Shown piece after piece: positions 26,088 through 35,116 of a stretch of 64,000 nucleotides of DNA. The notes under the pieces are model-generated. The model was not told the origin of the DNA. It saw only the letters and a list, made by a program, of their open reading frames with translations, and did no database searches. The position numbers were made by a program, and so were the translations under genes. Source of the stretch: an uncultured Chitinophagaceae bacterium. GTDB lineage: Bacteria > Bacteroidota > Bacteroidia > Chitinophagales > CAIOSU01. Location: the NCBI GenBank assembly GCA_964518215.1, contig CAZFFP010000002.1, positions 24,317 through 88,316 of the forward strand, read 5' to 3'. The stretch's first letter is position 1. Each line of letters starts with the position of its first letter.

Positions 26088-28052
26088 ATGAACACAAAAT
26101 TATTTACAGAAAAAACTTTTTCTGTCATCAGCTTTTTATTATTTATTTTGACCTGCAACACAGCTTTTGCCACAATGCTGGGGCAGGCTTATGTATCAAA
26201 TGTAGTTGCACAAAACAGGCACTGCCTTCAATCAACCACTAACAATGGAGGCATTCAGTTTTGGGACATTACTCCGGGCGGCACTTACACTATTACCTTG
26301 AGTAATGTAATTGATGGTGCCAATGGTGGAACCGATGCAACCATCCATGTAATTGTTAAGAGCAGCCAAACGGGTAATACCTGTGTAGTGGCAACCCAAC
26401 AAGGCACGGGTGTTTACACGTTCGATTTCACTTTATCAGCAGATGCTTGTGCTACTCTGCCTATTTTGTATTGCACCAATGATTGCAATACTAATTCAGG
26501 AATGTTTGCCCGGCACAATAATCTGAGCGTGCCGAATCGTTTAGCGCATCTGCGTGCGGCAAGTTTTGATGGAAATTGCAACAAGACCAATACTGCTGTT
26601 ACATGCAATATTGGTTGTCCGGATTTTTCGGTAGCTGTATCGGTTTCAAGCGGAACCGCTACTTTTTGTGAAGGTGATTCTGTAACGCTTTGTGCTTCAG
26701 GCGCACTAAGTTACTTATGGAGCAACGAAGAATCAACTCCTTGTATTACTGTTTATGCCACTCAAACATTATCAGTAAAAGGTTTCATGGAGCATCATTG
26801 TGAAAGTTCCAATACTCCTTCGGTAAATGTATTGGCGAACCCAATTCCTACCGGTTTAATTGTTGAGGTTTCTCTCTTACCCGTTTGTGGTGTGTCCGGC
26901 AACATGCTTTGTGCTGATGCTACTGATGCTGATACCTATTTATGGACCGTAAGTTCAAGCGATAACTCATGGATAATTACCGGAGGACAAGGAACCCATT
27001 GCATTACTTATACAGCAGGCAGCTATGGCACTTCAGGAACATTTGCTTTATCAGTTGCTAATAGCGTAACCGGCTGTGCAGGCAATACTTCAAGTGTTGT
27101 TACTTTCGGGTCTTTGTGTTTTCAAAATTGCAGCAGAACTCAAGGTTTTTATGGCAACACAGGCGGTAAAGATTGTCATCAAACCACCACCGCTCAAAAA
27201 ATTGCTTCGCTGCTTGCAACCCCTTTGGCTACCGGATTCGGCAACAGAACCGTTACCATTCTTGCCGGAGAAACCAACTGCCTGATGAGTAAGTTACCGG
27301 CAAATGCTGCTCCGGCTGTTTTGCCTGTTGGTAACGTTACTTGCGCAACTGCTACCGGAAAAAATTATCTCAGAAATGATAAGTTTTCAAACGTATTGAT
27401 TGGACAAACCATTACCCTCGGATTAAACCTGCGTATGGATGCTTCGCTCGGAGCTTTTGTAATTTCCGGAACAAAACTCATTACTTATGCTTCAACCAAT
27501 TGTGTTAATGGAACTGCTATTCCCGGAACTGAACTGACATTTGATTTTCCTCAATCGGTTTTAAATTGTTTGGGAAGCAACAATACTGTTCAGGACTTGC
27601 TTAATCTGGCAAATCGCGCATTAGGTAGTGCTTTGCCTGCCGGTTGCACTGCTTCGCTTAGCGATATTAACGCGGCTGTTGACGCAGTAAACAGAGGATT
27701 TGATGCTTGCCGTATCAGCGGAGGTTTCATGGATCAATCAACAAGACTGGGTTCATTTGAAGAGGAGGAAACGTTGGTTTTCGATAACAAATTAAATGTG
27801 ACAGCTTATCCCAATCCTTTCAATTCACACACTACTATTGAATTTCAAAGAACAGGAACAGATGCACATACTACCATAGAAGTTTATTCTTATGTAGGCA
27901 ATAAAGTAGGTGTGATATTCGATGGAGCAACTCAGGCAGGTGTTACATACAAAGCAACCTTAAGCGCTGCGGAGCTTTCTAATGGAATCTATTTATATTC
28001 TGTTATCAGCGAAAATAATATTCAAAGAGGTAAATTGTTGTTGATGAAATAA
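26088..28052 (+). CDS. Cys-rich secreted protein with T9SS C-terminal sorting domain (function unknown)
   Basis: I prefer the ATG at 26088 (MNTKLFTEKTFSVISFLLFILTCNTAFA). There are Ig-like Cys-containing modules (TATFCEGDSVTLCASGALSYLWSN) and a C-terminal AYPNPFNSHTTIEF...GIYLYSVIS domain. A candidate -7 box CAATTTTG lies at 26039-26046. Confidence 0.75.
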   Translation: MNTKLFTEKTFSVISFLLFILTCNTAFATMLGQAYVSNVVAQNRHCLQSTTNNGGIQFWDITPGGTYTITLSNVIDGANGGTDATIHVIVKSSQTGNTCVVATQQGTGVYTFDFTLSADACATLPILYCTNDCNTNSGMFARHNNLSVPNRLAHLRAASFDGNCNKTNTAVTCNIGCPDFSVAVSVSSGTATFCEGDSVTLCASGALSYLWSNEESTPCITVYATQTLSVKGFMEHHCESSNTPSVNVLANPIPTGLIVEVSLLPVCGVSGNMLCADATDADTYLWTVSSSDNSWIITGGQGTHCITYTAGSYGTSGTFALSVANSVTGCAGNTSSVVTFGSLCFQNCSRTQGFYGNTGGKDCHQTTTAQKIASLLATPLATGFGNRTVTILAGETNCLMSKLPANAAPAVLPVGNVTCATATGKNYLRNDKFSNVLIGQTITLGLNLRMDASLGAFVISGTKLITYASTNCVNGTAIPGTELTFDFPQSVLNCLGSNNTVQDLLNLANRALGSALPAGCTASLSDINAAVDAVNRGFDACRISGGFMDQSTRLGSFEEEETLVFDNKLNVTAYPNPFNSHTTIEFQRTGTDAHTTIEVYSYVGNKVGVIFDGATQAGVTYKATLSAAELSNGIYLYSVISENNIQRGKLLLMK

Positions 28053-28085
28053 TAATTCTTCGATTACATAACAATATCGATTATG

Positions 28086-28120
28086 CTGCCCTGCGGAAAA
28101 TTCTGCAGGGCAGTTTTATT
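28086..28120 (+). terminator. rho-independent terminator
   Basis: Stem CTGCCCTGC/GCAGGGCAG, followed by TTTTATT. Confidence 0.7.
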
Positions 28121-28173
28121 CTGGAACTTAAATTTTGCAGGTATCTCACTAATTGTTTCGATTAAGATGCCTC

Positions 28174-30081
28174 TCAATAATATAACTTACTTGGGTTTCC
28201 GTATTGAACAATGTCTGGTTTCTTTCCGATGAAATTAGGGAAAGGAAAAATAGGATTCAGCGAAACGCCTATGCCGAAAAAAGGAGTTCCCTCAGGCGGT
28301 GAGGGATAAATTGTAACCCTTATATCTATGGTGCCGATAACAAAATGCTGATTATTGAGTCGTATGCCGCTGCTGATGCCCCAATAAGGACGACCTGAAA
28401 ATACGAAGGCATCGCGCTTGCTGAAATAGGTAAGGTCGGTAGATGAGAATAACACCAAGCGAAATCCAAGCAAATGCCAGGGAGTAAATATTGAAAGTGT
28501 AGCTCCGCCCGTCAACACCGCATTACCAAAAAGCCGCTCTGTTCTGAGCCTGCGCAGCCCGTCTAAATCATTCAAATCAACCCGGTCGTTTTCGTTGGTG
28601 CGGTTCAGTCCTCTGATGTATTGCCCGCGCAACTGAATACGTCCTTTGAAAATTTTCTCGGCACCTATCAACTTTGAAATATATAAACTGGTAATACGCA
28701 GCGCTCCGTCAGAGAATTTTTTGTTGTGAAAAAAAAAGCCCAATTCTACGGAGTTGAAAAAATATCCTTGTTTTACAAAAACGCTACTCGAAACACGAAT
28801 GCCCGCATAAGGACGGCTTACAAACTCGCCCAACGAATATCCCAGCGTAACATCAGCCAACAAACCGATGGGAACATCTTCGGTTACTCCGAAACCTTCA
28901 ATCAAAATATCTTTTGCGAATGCCGCACGCGAAAAACCAAAGCTGCCCAACATCAACGTATTTGTCTGGAATGCAAGATTGGTGTCGGCATCGGCAAATG
29001 GACGCTCTGTAACTATGGTTGAAGAAACCCTTCCGGACAATACAAAATTCAGATGACCAAGCAGCAAAGAGTCGCGGGTGGGAATAGGAAATCTGCGCCC
29101 ATACCATCCGTCAAAATTATTGTCGGCCACACGGGTGCGGGCGCGGCTTTCATCATAGCGCGAATAATAGCGAAACACCCGATAGTGGTAGCTCAATCCA
29201 CCCGCGTTTCTGATTTCATGCGTAATAAATTGTCGCTCGTTGCTGATGCGGGCAAGCAAGCTGTCATCGGTAAAAGCAAGATTCAAATCGCCCTGCATGA
29301 AAGTGCCATAAAGATTATACACTGTGTATTGCGCCTCATATCCCATCTTTCTTCCGGCATTGATAATAATATTGTTATAAAAATTTTGTCCCAATCCAAA
29401 CATGTTGTTTTCTTCCAAAGTCAAATTCCATTCATCATATTGAGTGGGCTTTATTTTAATAGAAGCAGAGAACACATCTTTCGTTATCACATATACATCT
29501 ATCGTGTCGGGTGATAATTTTCTTGCAACGCCATATACCCGCGCATCAAGAATAAAGGGCAATGCTCTCAGTAATCGTTCACTTTCCACTAATGCGTGGC
29601 GTGTAAGTTTGTCGCCTTCTTTTAAAAGCATATTGTTCAGCACTACTTTGTCTTTAGTGGTAATGTGAAGTTTGTTTCCCGTTTCTTTCACCCAATTTAT
29701 TAATCGCTTGGAACTGTCCGCAGCAAAAGTTTCGAAAGGGTTTAATTTAGTGATGGTGATGTTGCCCACTATTTTCCCCTTGTGAGAATGCGAGTTTCCG
29801 CTTTTACTCAAGGGCTGTATTGCATGGGTATCAATAAACATTCTGTTGTAATAAAATTTTACCAATTTTCTTTTCTTCACTTTCACAATAGACGAATCGA
29901 AAGGAATAGTAACGTCTTTTTTTACAACGAAAGAAGAGTCGCTGTAAATCACCTTATCATATTTTTTCAGTTGAATATTCTTTTGCCCCTTGCTTGGCAG
30001 AGATAATAGCAGGAAAACCACGAGAAGAAAATGCAGATGCCTTTTCGGACAAGTAACAACAAAATAAAGCGGCACACACAA
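28174..30081 (-). CDS. Omp85-family (BamA/TamA-like) outer-membrane protein
   Basis: 635 aa with a POTRA-like N-terminal part (KEGDKLTRHALVESERLLRALPFILDARVY...DTIDVYVITKD). A long run of alternating beta-strand-like sequence follows, ending in an aromatic residue (SKLYY). The start is uncertain: the track uses TTG 30081, and there is no in-frame ATG in the first 80 codons. Confidence 0.7.
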   Translation of the reverse strand: MCVPLYFVVTCPKRHLHFLLVVFLLLSLPSKGQKNIQLKKYDKVIYSDSSFVVKKDVTIPFDSSIVKVKKRKLVKFYYNRMFIDTHAIQPLSKSGNSHSHKGKIVGNITITKLNPFETFAADSSKRLINWVKETGNKLHITTKDKVVLNNMLLKEGDKLTRHALVESERLLRALPFILDARVYGVARKLSPDTIDVYVITKDVFSASIKIKPTQYDEWNLTLEENNMFGLGQNFYNNIIINAGRKMGYEAQYTVYNLYGTFMQGDLNLAFTDDSLLARISNERQFITHEIRNAGGLSYHYRVFRYYSRYDESRARTRVADNNFDGWYGRRFPIPTRDSLLLGHLNFVLSGRVSSTIVTERPFADADTNLAFQTNTLMLGSFGFSRAAFAKDILIEGFGVTEDVPIGLLADVTLGYSLGEFVSRPYAGIRVSSSVFVKQGYFFNSVELGFFFHNKKFSDGALRITSLYISKLIGAEKIFKGRIQLRGQYIRGLNRTNENDRVDLNDLDGLRRLRTERLFGNAVLTGGATLSIFTPWHLLGFRLVLFSSTDLTYFSKRDAFVFSGRPYWGISSGIRLNNQHFVIGTIDIRVTIYPSPPEGTPFFGIGVSLNPIFPFPNFIGKKPDIVQYGNPSKLYY

Positions 30082-30106
30082 ATATGCCGCCTATTCATTT
30101 GAATAG

Positions 30107-30146
30107 CGTTATATAATTCATTCTAAGAGTTACATCATTCACACAT
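30107..30146 (-). promoter_or_regulatory. bipartite conserved motif, copy M2 (pointing at the Omp85-like gene)
   Basis: The minus strand reads ATGTGTGAATGATGTAA, an 11-nt spacer, then AATTATATAACG. A -7-like CATATTTG follows 21 nt later (30086-30079). Confidence 0.6.
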
Positions 30147-30171
30147 GCGTTTCATTCTGGATTATCTCTAT

Positions 30172-30210
30172 ACATGTGAATTGTATAATACTTCCATTTA
30201 ATTGTGTAAC
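30172..30210 (+). promoter_or_regulatory. bipartite conserved motif, degenerate copy M4 (pointing at the DUF748-mla operon)
   Basis: ACATGTGAATTGTATAA (12/17 to box 1), an 11-nt spacer, then AATTGTGTAAC. A -7-like CATCTTTA lies at 30232-30239. Confidence 0.5.
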
Positions 30211-30248
30211 TCTTTCGGAGGCATTGTAACGCATCTTTACAATGCTTC

Positions 30249-32588
30249 ATGACACGATTTAAAAAAGCCCTGCTGATTGCTGCCGCTTCGATAGTAATTA
30301 TCGGGGTGTTGTTTGTGGCATTCCTTTCGCCCATTGCTAAATATCTGGTTGAAAAATATGATGAGCAATTTTTAGGCAGACAAATCACGCTGGGTATGGC
30401 TTATGTAAACCCGTTTACGGGCTATGTTTATCTCACCAATCTTAAAGTGTATGAATTGAAAAGCGATAGTGTTTTTCTTTCGGCAAAAAGTGTGAGTGCT
30501 AATTTCAAAATGCTTCATCTATTTAAGAAAGCGTATGTATTTAATCACATAACATTAAACGAGCCCAGGGGCATCATTAGTCATCATAACGAAGAGGGCA
30601 TTAATTTTAATGATATTATCGAATTGTTTACGCCCAAACATCCGCGCGATTCTACAAAACAAAAAGTTCGTTTCAGCATACTGGCTTTAAATATTAATGA
30701 CGGAGAATTTCATTATCGCGATGAACAGATTCCGGTAAACTATTTTATCAAAAATGTAAATATAGAAAGCACCGGCATACGGTGGAACGCAGACACCACT
30801 ACAGCCCAATTTTCTTTTTCATCTGGAATCGGAAGCGGTGAAATAAAAGGCAATTACACGTTTAATATTAATAATCTGGATTATCGTTTTGACGCAGTAG
30901 TTGAAAAATACGATTTGAATATTATTGAACAATACCTGAAAGATTTAATGAATTATGGAACCTTCACTGCAAATGTTGATGCCGATGTGAAAGCAAGTGG
31001 CAATTTTAAAAGCCAAGAAAACCTGACTGCATCCGGCACACTATCAGTGAATAAATTTCATTTCGGAAAAAGTGAAGGAGATGATTTTCTTGCTTTCGAA
31101 AAATTAAAATTAGATGTTACGGAGCTAAGTCCCGAGCATCATAAATATGTGATTGATTCTATATTGCTCAGCAGTCTGTTTTTTAAATATGAACGTTACG
31201 ATTTTTTAGATAATCTGCAAACGATGTTTGGTAAAGATGGAGCTAACATTAAATCTGTTAGCGGTGATGCTTCTCAATTTAACCTTGTTATAGAAATAGC
31301 CCGATATGTAGAAGTGATAGCAAAAAACTTTTTGCGTAGCGATTATAAGATTAACCGTTTGGCAATTACCAATGGCAATGTTCAATTCAATGACTATTCA
31401 ATAAGCGAAAAATTTACTGTTGCATTAAGCCCATTAAACATTGAAGCGGATTCTATTAACAAAGAATATAATAGGGTTAAACTATCATTAGAGTCGGGCA
31501 TTAAACCCTTCGGTGAGGCTTCTGTTACCCTGAGCGTTAATCCAAAAGACAGCAGCTATTTTGATATGCAGTATCACCTTCAAAAAATTCCGGTTACTCT
31601 TTTCAATCCCTATATCATTTCTTTTACATCCTTTCCTTTAGACCGTGGAACCATTGATATACATGGCACCTGGAATGTCAGAGACGGAGACATTCAAAGC
31701 GATAATCATCTGGTGATTGTTGACCCTCGTATAGCTCCGCGCATAAAAAATAAAGACACGAAGTGGGTTCCGGTGCCGCTCATTATGGCATTTGCGCGCG
31801 AGCGCGGCAATGTGATTGATTATGAAATTCCGATAACGGGCAATTTGAAAAATCCGAAGTTTAATGTATGGGATGTAGTGTTTGATGTAGTTGGAAATAT
31901 TTTTGTTAAACCCGCCACTACTGTATATAGAAATCAGGTAAAAAACCTGGAAAAAGAAATTGAAAAATCGCTGGCGTTAAAATGGAACGCCCAAAGCAGC
32001 GAACTCACTGCATCGCAGGAAAAATTTATAGAAAGAATAGCGGATTTTCTGGCAAATAACCCCGATGCTGTAATTACGGTTCATCCGAAGCAGTATGCAC
32101 TTAAAGAAAAAGAATTCATTTTATTTTTTGAAGCGAAGAAAAAATATTTCTTGCTCGCTAATAATATTAATGAAGCAGCATTCAGCGAAAAAGATTCTAT
32201 AGCCGTTAACAAAATGTCGGTGAAAGATGAGTCGTTTGTCGCCTATCTCGATAAGCAACTCAACGATTCGATGCTTTTTACCATACAAGATAAATGTGCC
32301 GGTATTATTAAAGCATCGCTTGTGAATGCACGATTCAGCGAATTAAATCAGGCGAGAGAAAATGAATTCCTGTTCTATTTCAGCGAAAAAGATGTTGACA
32401 AGCAAGTGAAGTTTTCTGCCGAAGAAAACACTATTCCCTACAACGGATTTTCTTTTTACAAAATAGCATACGAAGATGAATTTCCTGAGTCGTTAACCAA
32501 TGCATATTTGAAAATGAATGAACTGAATGATGAAGCCCCAAGGAAAAAATATAAGCGAGAAAGGAAACAGAATGCCCTTTCACTTTAA
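30249..32588 (+). CDS. DUF748 / AsmA-like family protein (single N-terminal TM anchor, long beta-rich periplasmic body)
   Basis: 779 aa. It starts MTRFKKALLIAAASIVIIGVLFVAFLSPIAKYLVEKY, as DUF748/AsmA-type proteins do. There are no enzymatic motifs. mlaE follows after 19 nt. Confidence 0.65.
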   Translation: MTRFKKALLIAAASIVIIGVLFVAFLSPIAKYLVEKYDEQFLGRQITLGMAYVNPFTGYVYLTNLKVYELKSDSVFLSAKSVSANFKMLHLFKKAYVFNHITLNEPRGIISHHNEEGINFNDIIELFTPKHPRDSTKQKVRFSILALNINDGEFHYRDEQIPVNYFIKNVNIESTGIRWNADTTTAQFSFSSGIGSGEIKGNYTFNINNLDYRFDAVVEKYDLNIIEQYLKDLMNYGTFTANVDADVKASGNFKSQENLTASGTLSVNKFHFGKSEGDDFLAFEKLKLDVTELSPEHHKYVIDSILLSSLFFKYERYDFLDNLQTMFGKDGANIKSVSGDASQFNLVIEIARYVEVIAKNFLRSDYKINRLAITNGNVQFNDYSISEKFTVALSPLNIEADSINKEYNRVKLSLESGIKPFGEASVTLSVNPKDSSYFDMQYHLQKIPVTLFNPYIISFTSFPLDRGTIDIHGTWNVRDGDIQSDNHLVIVDPRIAPRIKNKDTKWVPVPLIMAFARERGNVIDYEIPITGNLKNPKFNVWDVVFDVVGNIFVKPATTVYRNQVKNLEKEIEKSLALKWNAQSSELTASQEKFIERIADFLANNPDAVITVHPKQYALKEKEFILFFEAKKKYFLLANNINEAAFSEKDSIAVNKMSVKDESFVAYLDKQLNDSMLFTIQDKCAGIIKASLVNARFSELNQARENEFLFYFSEKDVDKQVKFSAEENTIPYNGFSFYKIAYEDEFPESLTNAYLKMNELNDEAPRKKYKRERKQNALSL

Positions 32589-32607
32589 CAAAATAAATGT
32601 GTATTAA

Positions 32608-33453
32608 ATGAAAAAATTTAATCCCATCATTAAAGTAATCCCCAAGCTCAAGGATGCAAGGGAATTAACTATTAAGCTCAGCGAAAAAACCCTTGCCACC
32701 ACCGAAGTGGCGAGCAACTTTTTAACCGATTTGGCTGATGCGTTTCTGTTTGTGATACGCATAGTAAAAGAAACATTTTCGCGCAAGTTTGAATTTAGAG
32801 AGTTCTTGTATCAATGTTTTCAAATCGGCTATAAATCATTACCTCTCATTTCCATCACCGGGGCTATTATGGGCATTGTGCTCACTATTCAATCGCGCCC
32901 GGTATTGGTAGACTTTGGCGCGGTAGCGATGTTGCCGGGAATGGTTGCTGTTTCGCTCATTAGAGAAATGGGACCGGTGATTACCGGATTGATTTGTGCC
33001 GGAAAAATAGGCTCGGGCATGGGAGCCGAATTAGGCTCTATGAAAGTAACCGAACAGATTGATGCTATGGAAGTGTCTTCTACTAATCCCATGCGGTTTT
33101 TAGTAGTTACAAGAGTGTTGGCTGCAACGTTTATGATACCGCTGTTGGTTTTATATGCTGATGCCTGGGGTTTATTAGGAAGTTGGGGAGCCGCCAATAT
33201 TAAAGGTGATGTAACCTTTACTCTATTTTTCGCTCAAGCATTTAAGCCGGTTGACTTTATGGATTTTTTACCAGCAGTTGTCAAAACATTTTTCTTCGGG
33301 GCAGTCATTGGAATTGTAGGTTGTTATAAAGGATACAATGCCGGGCGCGGAACGGAGAGCGTAGGTATCGCGGCAAATTCTGCAGTTGTATTAGCATCGC
33401 TGCTGGTAATTATTATAGACATGATTGCCGTTCAAATCACCGATATGTTTTAA
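32608..33453 (+). CDS. mlaE: MlaE-family lipid ABC transporter permease
   Basis: 281 aa. The conserved MlaE core reads AMLPGMVAVSLIREMGPVITGLICAGKIGSGMGAELGSMKVTEQIDAMEV. Confidence 0.85.
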   Translation: MKKFNPIIKVIPKLKDARELTIKLSEKTLATTEVASNFLTDLADAFLFVIRIVKETFSRKFEFREFLYQCFQIGYKSLPLISITGAIMGIVLTIQSRPVLVDFGAVAMLPGMVAVSLIREMGPVITGLICAGKIGSGMGAELGSMKVTEQIDAMEVSSTNPMRFLVVTRVLAATFMIPLLVLYADAWGLLGSWGAANIKGDVTFTLFFAQAFKPVDFMDFLPAVVKTFFFGAVIGIVGCYKGYNAGRGTESVGIAANSAVVLASLLVIIIDMIAVQITDMF

Positions 33454-34238
33454 TGATGGAAACAAACGAAACAAAAACTTTAGTGAATACTTCTGCGAAA
33501 GCAACAAGCGATAAGCCGGTTATTGAAATCAATAACCTCAAAAAATCATTTGGCAAAGAAGCAGTGTTAAAAGATATTTCGCTGAAACTTTTTAATGGCG
33601 AAAACTTAGTGGTGTTGGGCAAATCGGGCAGTGGAAAATCGGTATTGATTAAATGTATCGCGGCATTATTAAAATCTGATGGAGGAACGATTAATGTTTT
33701 TGATAAAAACGTGCTCACCATGAAAAGAAAAGAGTTAGGAGAAATGCGGGAAAAAATCGGTTTTTTGTTTCAGAGTGGCGCACTATACGATTCTATGACA
33801 GTGAAACAGAATCTTGAATTTCCGTTGAGCAGAATAAAAAAGAATCTTTCGAAAGAAGAAAGGGCAACAAAAATTAATGAGGCGTTAGAGAATGTCGGGT
33901 TAGCGGATGCGCTCGATAAAATGCCCTCACAGCTTTCGGGCGGCATGAGAAAACGCATCAGTCTGGCTCGCACCATTGTTGTGGACCCGATGATAATGCT
34001 GTATGACGAACCCACTACAGGGCTTGACCCTGTTACTTCCAATGAAATAAGTTTACTGATTATGGATATTCAGAAAAAATACAAAACATCATCTATCATC
34101 ATCACGCACGATATTAAGTGCGCCATTAAAACAGCCAACCGAATCATTATGCTTGAGGACGGAGTGGTTTATAAAGACGGTAAACTTGAAGACTTTGAAA
34201 CTTCTGATGACCCGGTAATAAATTCATTTTTTAAATAA
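33453..34238 (+). CDS. mlaF: MlaF-type ABC transporter ATP-binding protein
   Basis: Walker A GKSGSGKS, signature LSGGMRKR and Walker B MLYDEPTTGLD. A TAATG overlaps the mlaE stop. Confidence 0.85.
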   Translation: MMETNETKTLVNTSAKATSDKPVIEINNLKKSFGKEAVLKDISLKLFNGENLVVLGKSGSGKSVLIKCIAALLKSDGGTINVFDKNVLTMKRKELGEMREKIGFLFQSGALYDSMTVKQNLEFPLSRIKKNLSKEERATKINEALENVGLADALDKMPSQLSGGMRKRISLARTIVVDPMIMLYDEPTTGLDPVTSNEISLLIMDIQKKYKTSSIIITHDIKCAIKTANRIIMLEDGVVYKDGKLEDFETSDDPVINSFFK

Positions 34239-34296
34239 ACAACATTACTCAATTCTCATTACTCACCACTTAATTCTCACTACTTAATACTATATC

Positions 34297-35076
34297 ATGG
34301 ATACAAATTCACAAAAATTTAAAGTTCGCCTGGGGCTATTCATTGCCGTGGGCTTAGCGCTTTTTGTCATAACAATTTTTATCATCGGAAAGCAAAAGAA
34401 TTTATTCAATCCCGTATTCAAGCTCACCACAACATTTCACAATGTCAGCGGATTGCAGGTGGGAAATAATATTCGCTTCTCAGGCATTAATGTAGGCACG
34501 GTTGATAAAATCACCATCATTAACGACTCTATGGTGAGAGTAGATATGTTGGTGAGAAAAGAAATCAAGCAGTTTATAAAATCGGATGGTATTGTAGCTA
34601 TTGGCTCAGAAGGTCTTATTGGCGACCGGCTTTTAATGATTACACAAGGCAATAGCGATTCGCCTGTTGTGGAAGAGGGGCAGGAGCTTCAATCAGCCGA
34701 ACCTGTTGAAACAGACGCTATCATGTTAAGTTTGGCAATAACGGCAGTGAATGCCGAAATTATTTCGGAGCAATTGGCGGAAATAATGATTGGCATCAAC
34801 AGCGGGCAAGGAACCATCGGCAGGCTGCTAAAGGATACAGTGATTGCAGAAAACATGAGCCAAACCATGCTGAATTTGAAAAGAAGCAGTAAAGGTTTAG
34901 ATGAAAACATGGAAGCGCTGCAGCATAATTTTTTACTGAAAGGTTTTTTCAATAAGAAAGAAAAAGCGGCAGCGCAAAAAATTAAAGATGAAGAAAAATT
35001 AAAAGCTGCCGAACAAAAGCAGCAGGAATCTGACGATAAAAAAGCCGCCAAACAAAAGGCAAAAGATGAAAAATAA
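34297..35076 (+). CDS. mlaD: MlaD/MCE-domain protein with Lys/Ala/Glu-rich C-terminal tail
   Basis: An N-terminal TM helix, an MCE domain (FHNVSGLQVGNNIRFSGINVGTVDKI), and a low-complexity KKEKAAAQKIKDEEKLKAAEQKQQ tail. Confidence 0.8.
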   Translation: MDTNSQKFKVRLGLFIAVGLALFVITIFIIGKQKNLFNPVFKLTTTFHNVSGLQVGNNIRFSGINVGTVDKITIINDSMVRVDMLVRKEIKQFIKSDGIVAIGSEGLIGDRLLMITQGNSDSPVVEEGQELQSAEPVETDAIMLSLAITAVNAEIISEQLAEIMIGINSGQGTIGRLLKDTVIAENMSQTMLNLKRSSKGLDENMEALQHNFLLKGFFNKKEKAAAQKIKDEEKLKAAEQKQQESDDKKAAKQKAKDEK

Positions 35077-35116
35077 ATGTGTGAATGATGTAATTCTATT
35101 TACAAATTCTGTAACA
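35077..35116 (+). promoter_or_regulatory. bipartite conserved motif, copy M3 (upstream of the ytxH triad)
   Basis: ATGTGTGAATGATGTAA starts 1 nt after the mlaD stop. An 11-nt spacer is followed by AATTCTGTAACA. A -7-like GAACTTTG lies at 35136-35143. Confidence 0.6.

Noticed and set aside
29053-29514. Long antisense or alternative-frame ORFs inside well-supported genes. These include 29053-29514 in the Omp85-like gene, 45852-46322 in the 44694 cargo gene, 56635-57024 in the symporter, 34689-35051 in mlaD, 17686-18045 in mscS and 24259-24627 in bioA.
   Set aside because: Each lies wholly within a gene that has diagnostic motifs on the other strand or frame. Their translations show no motifs.
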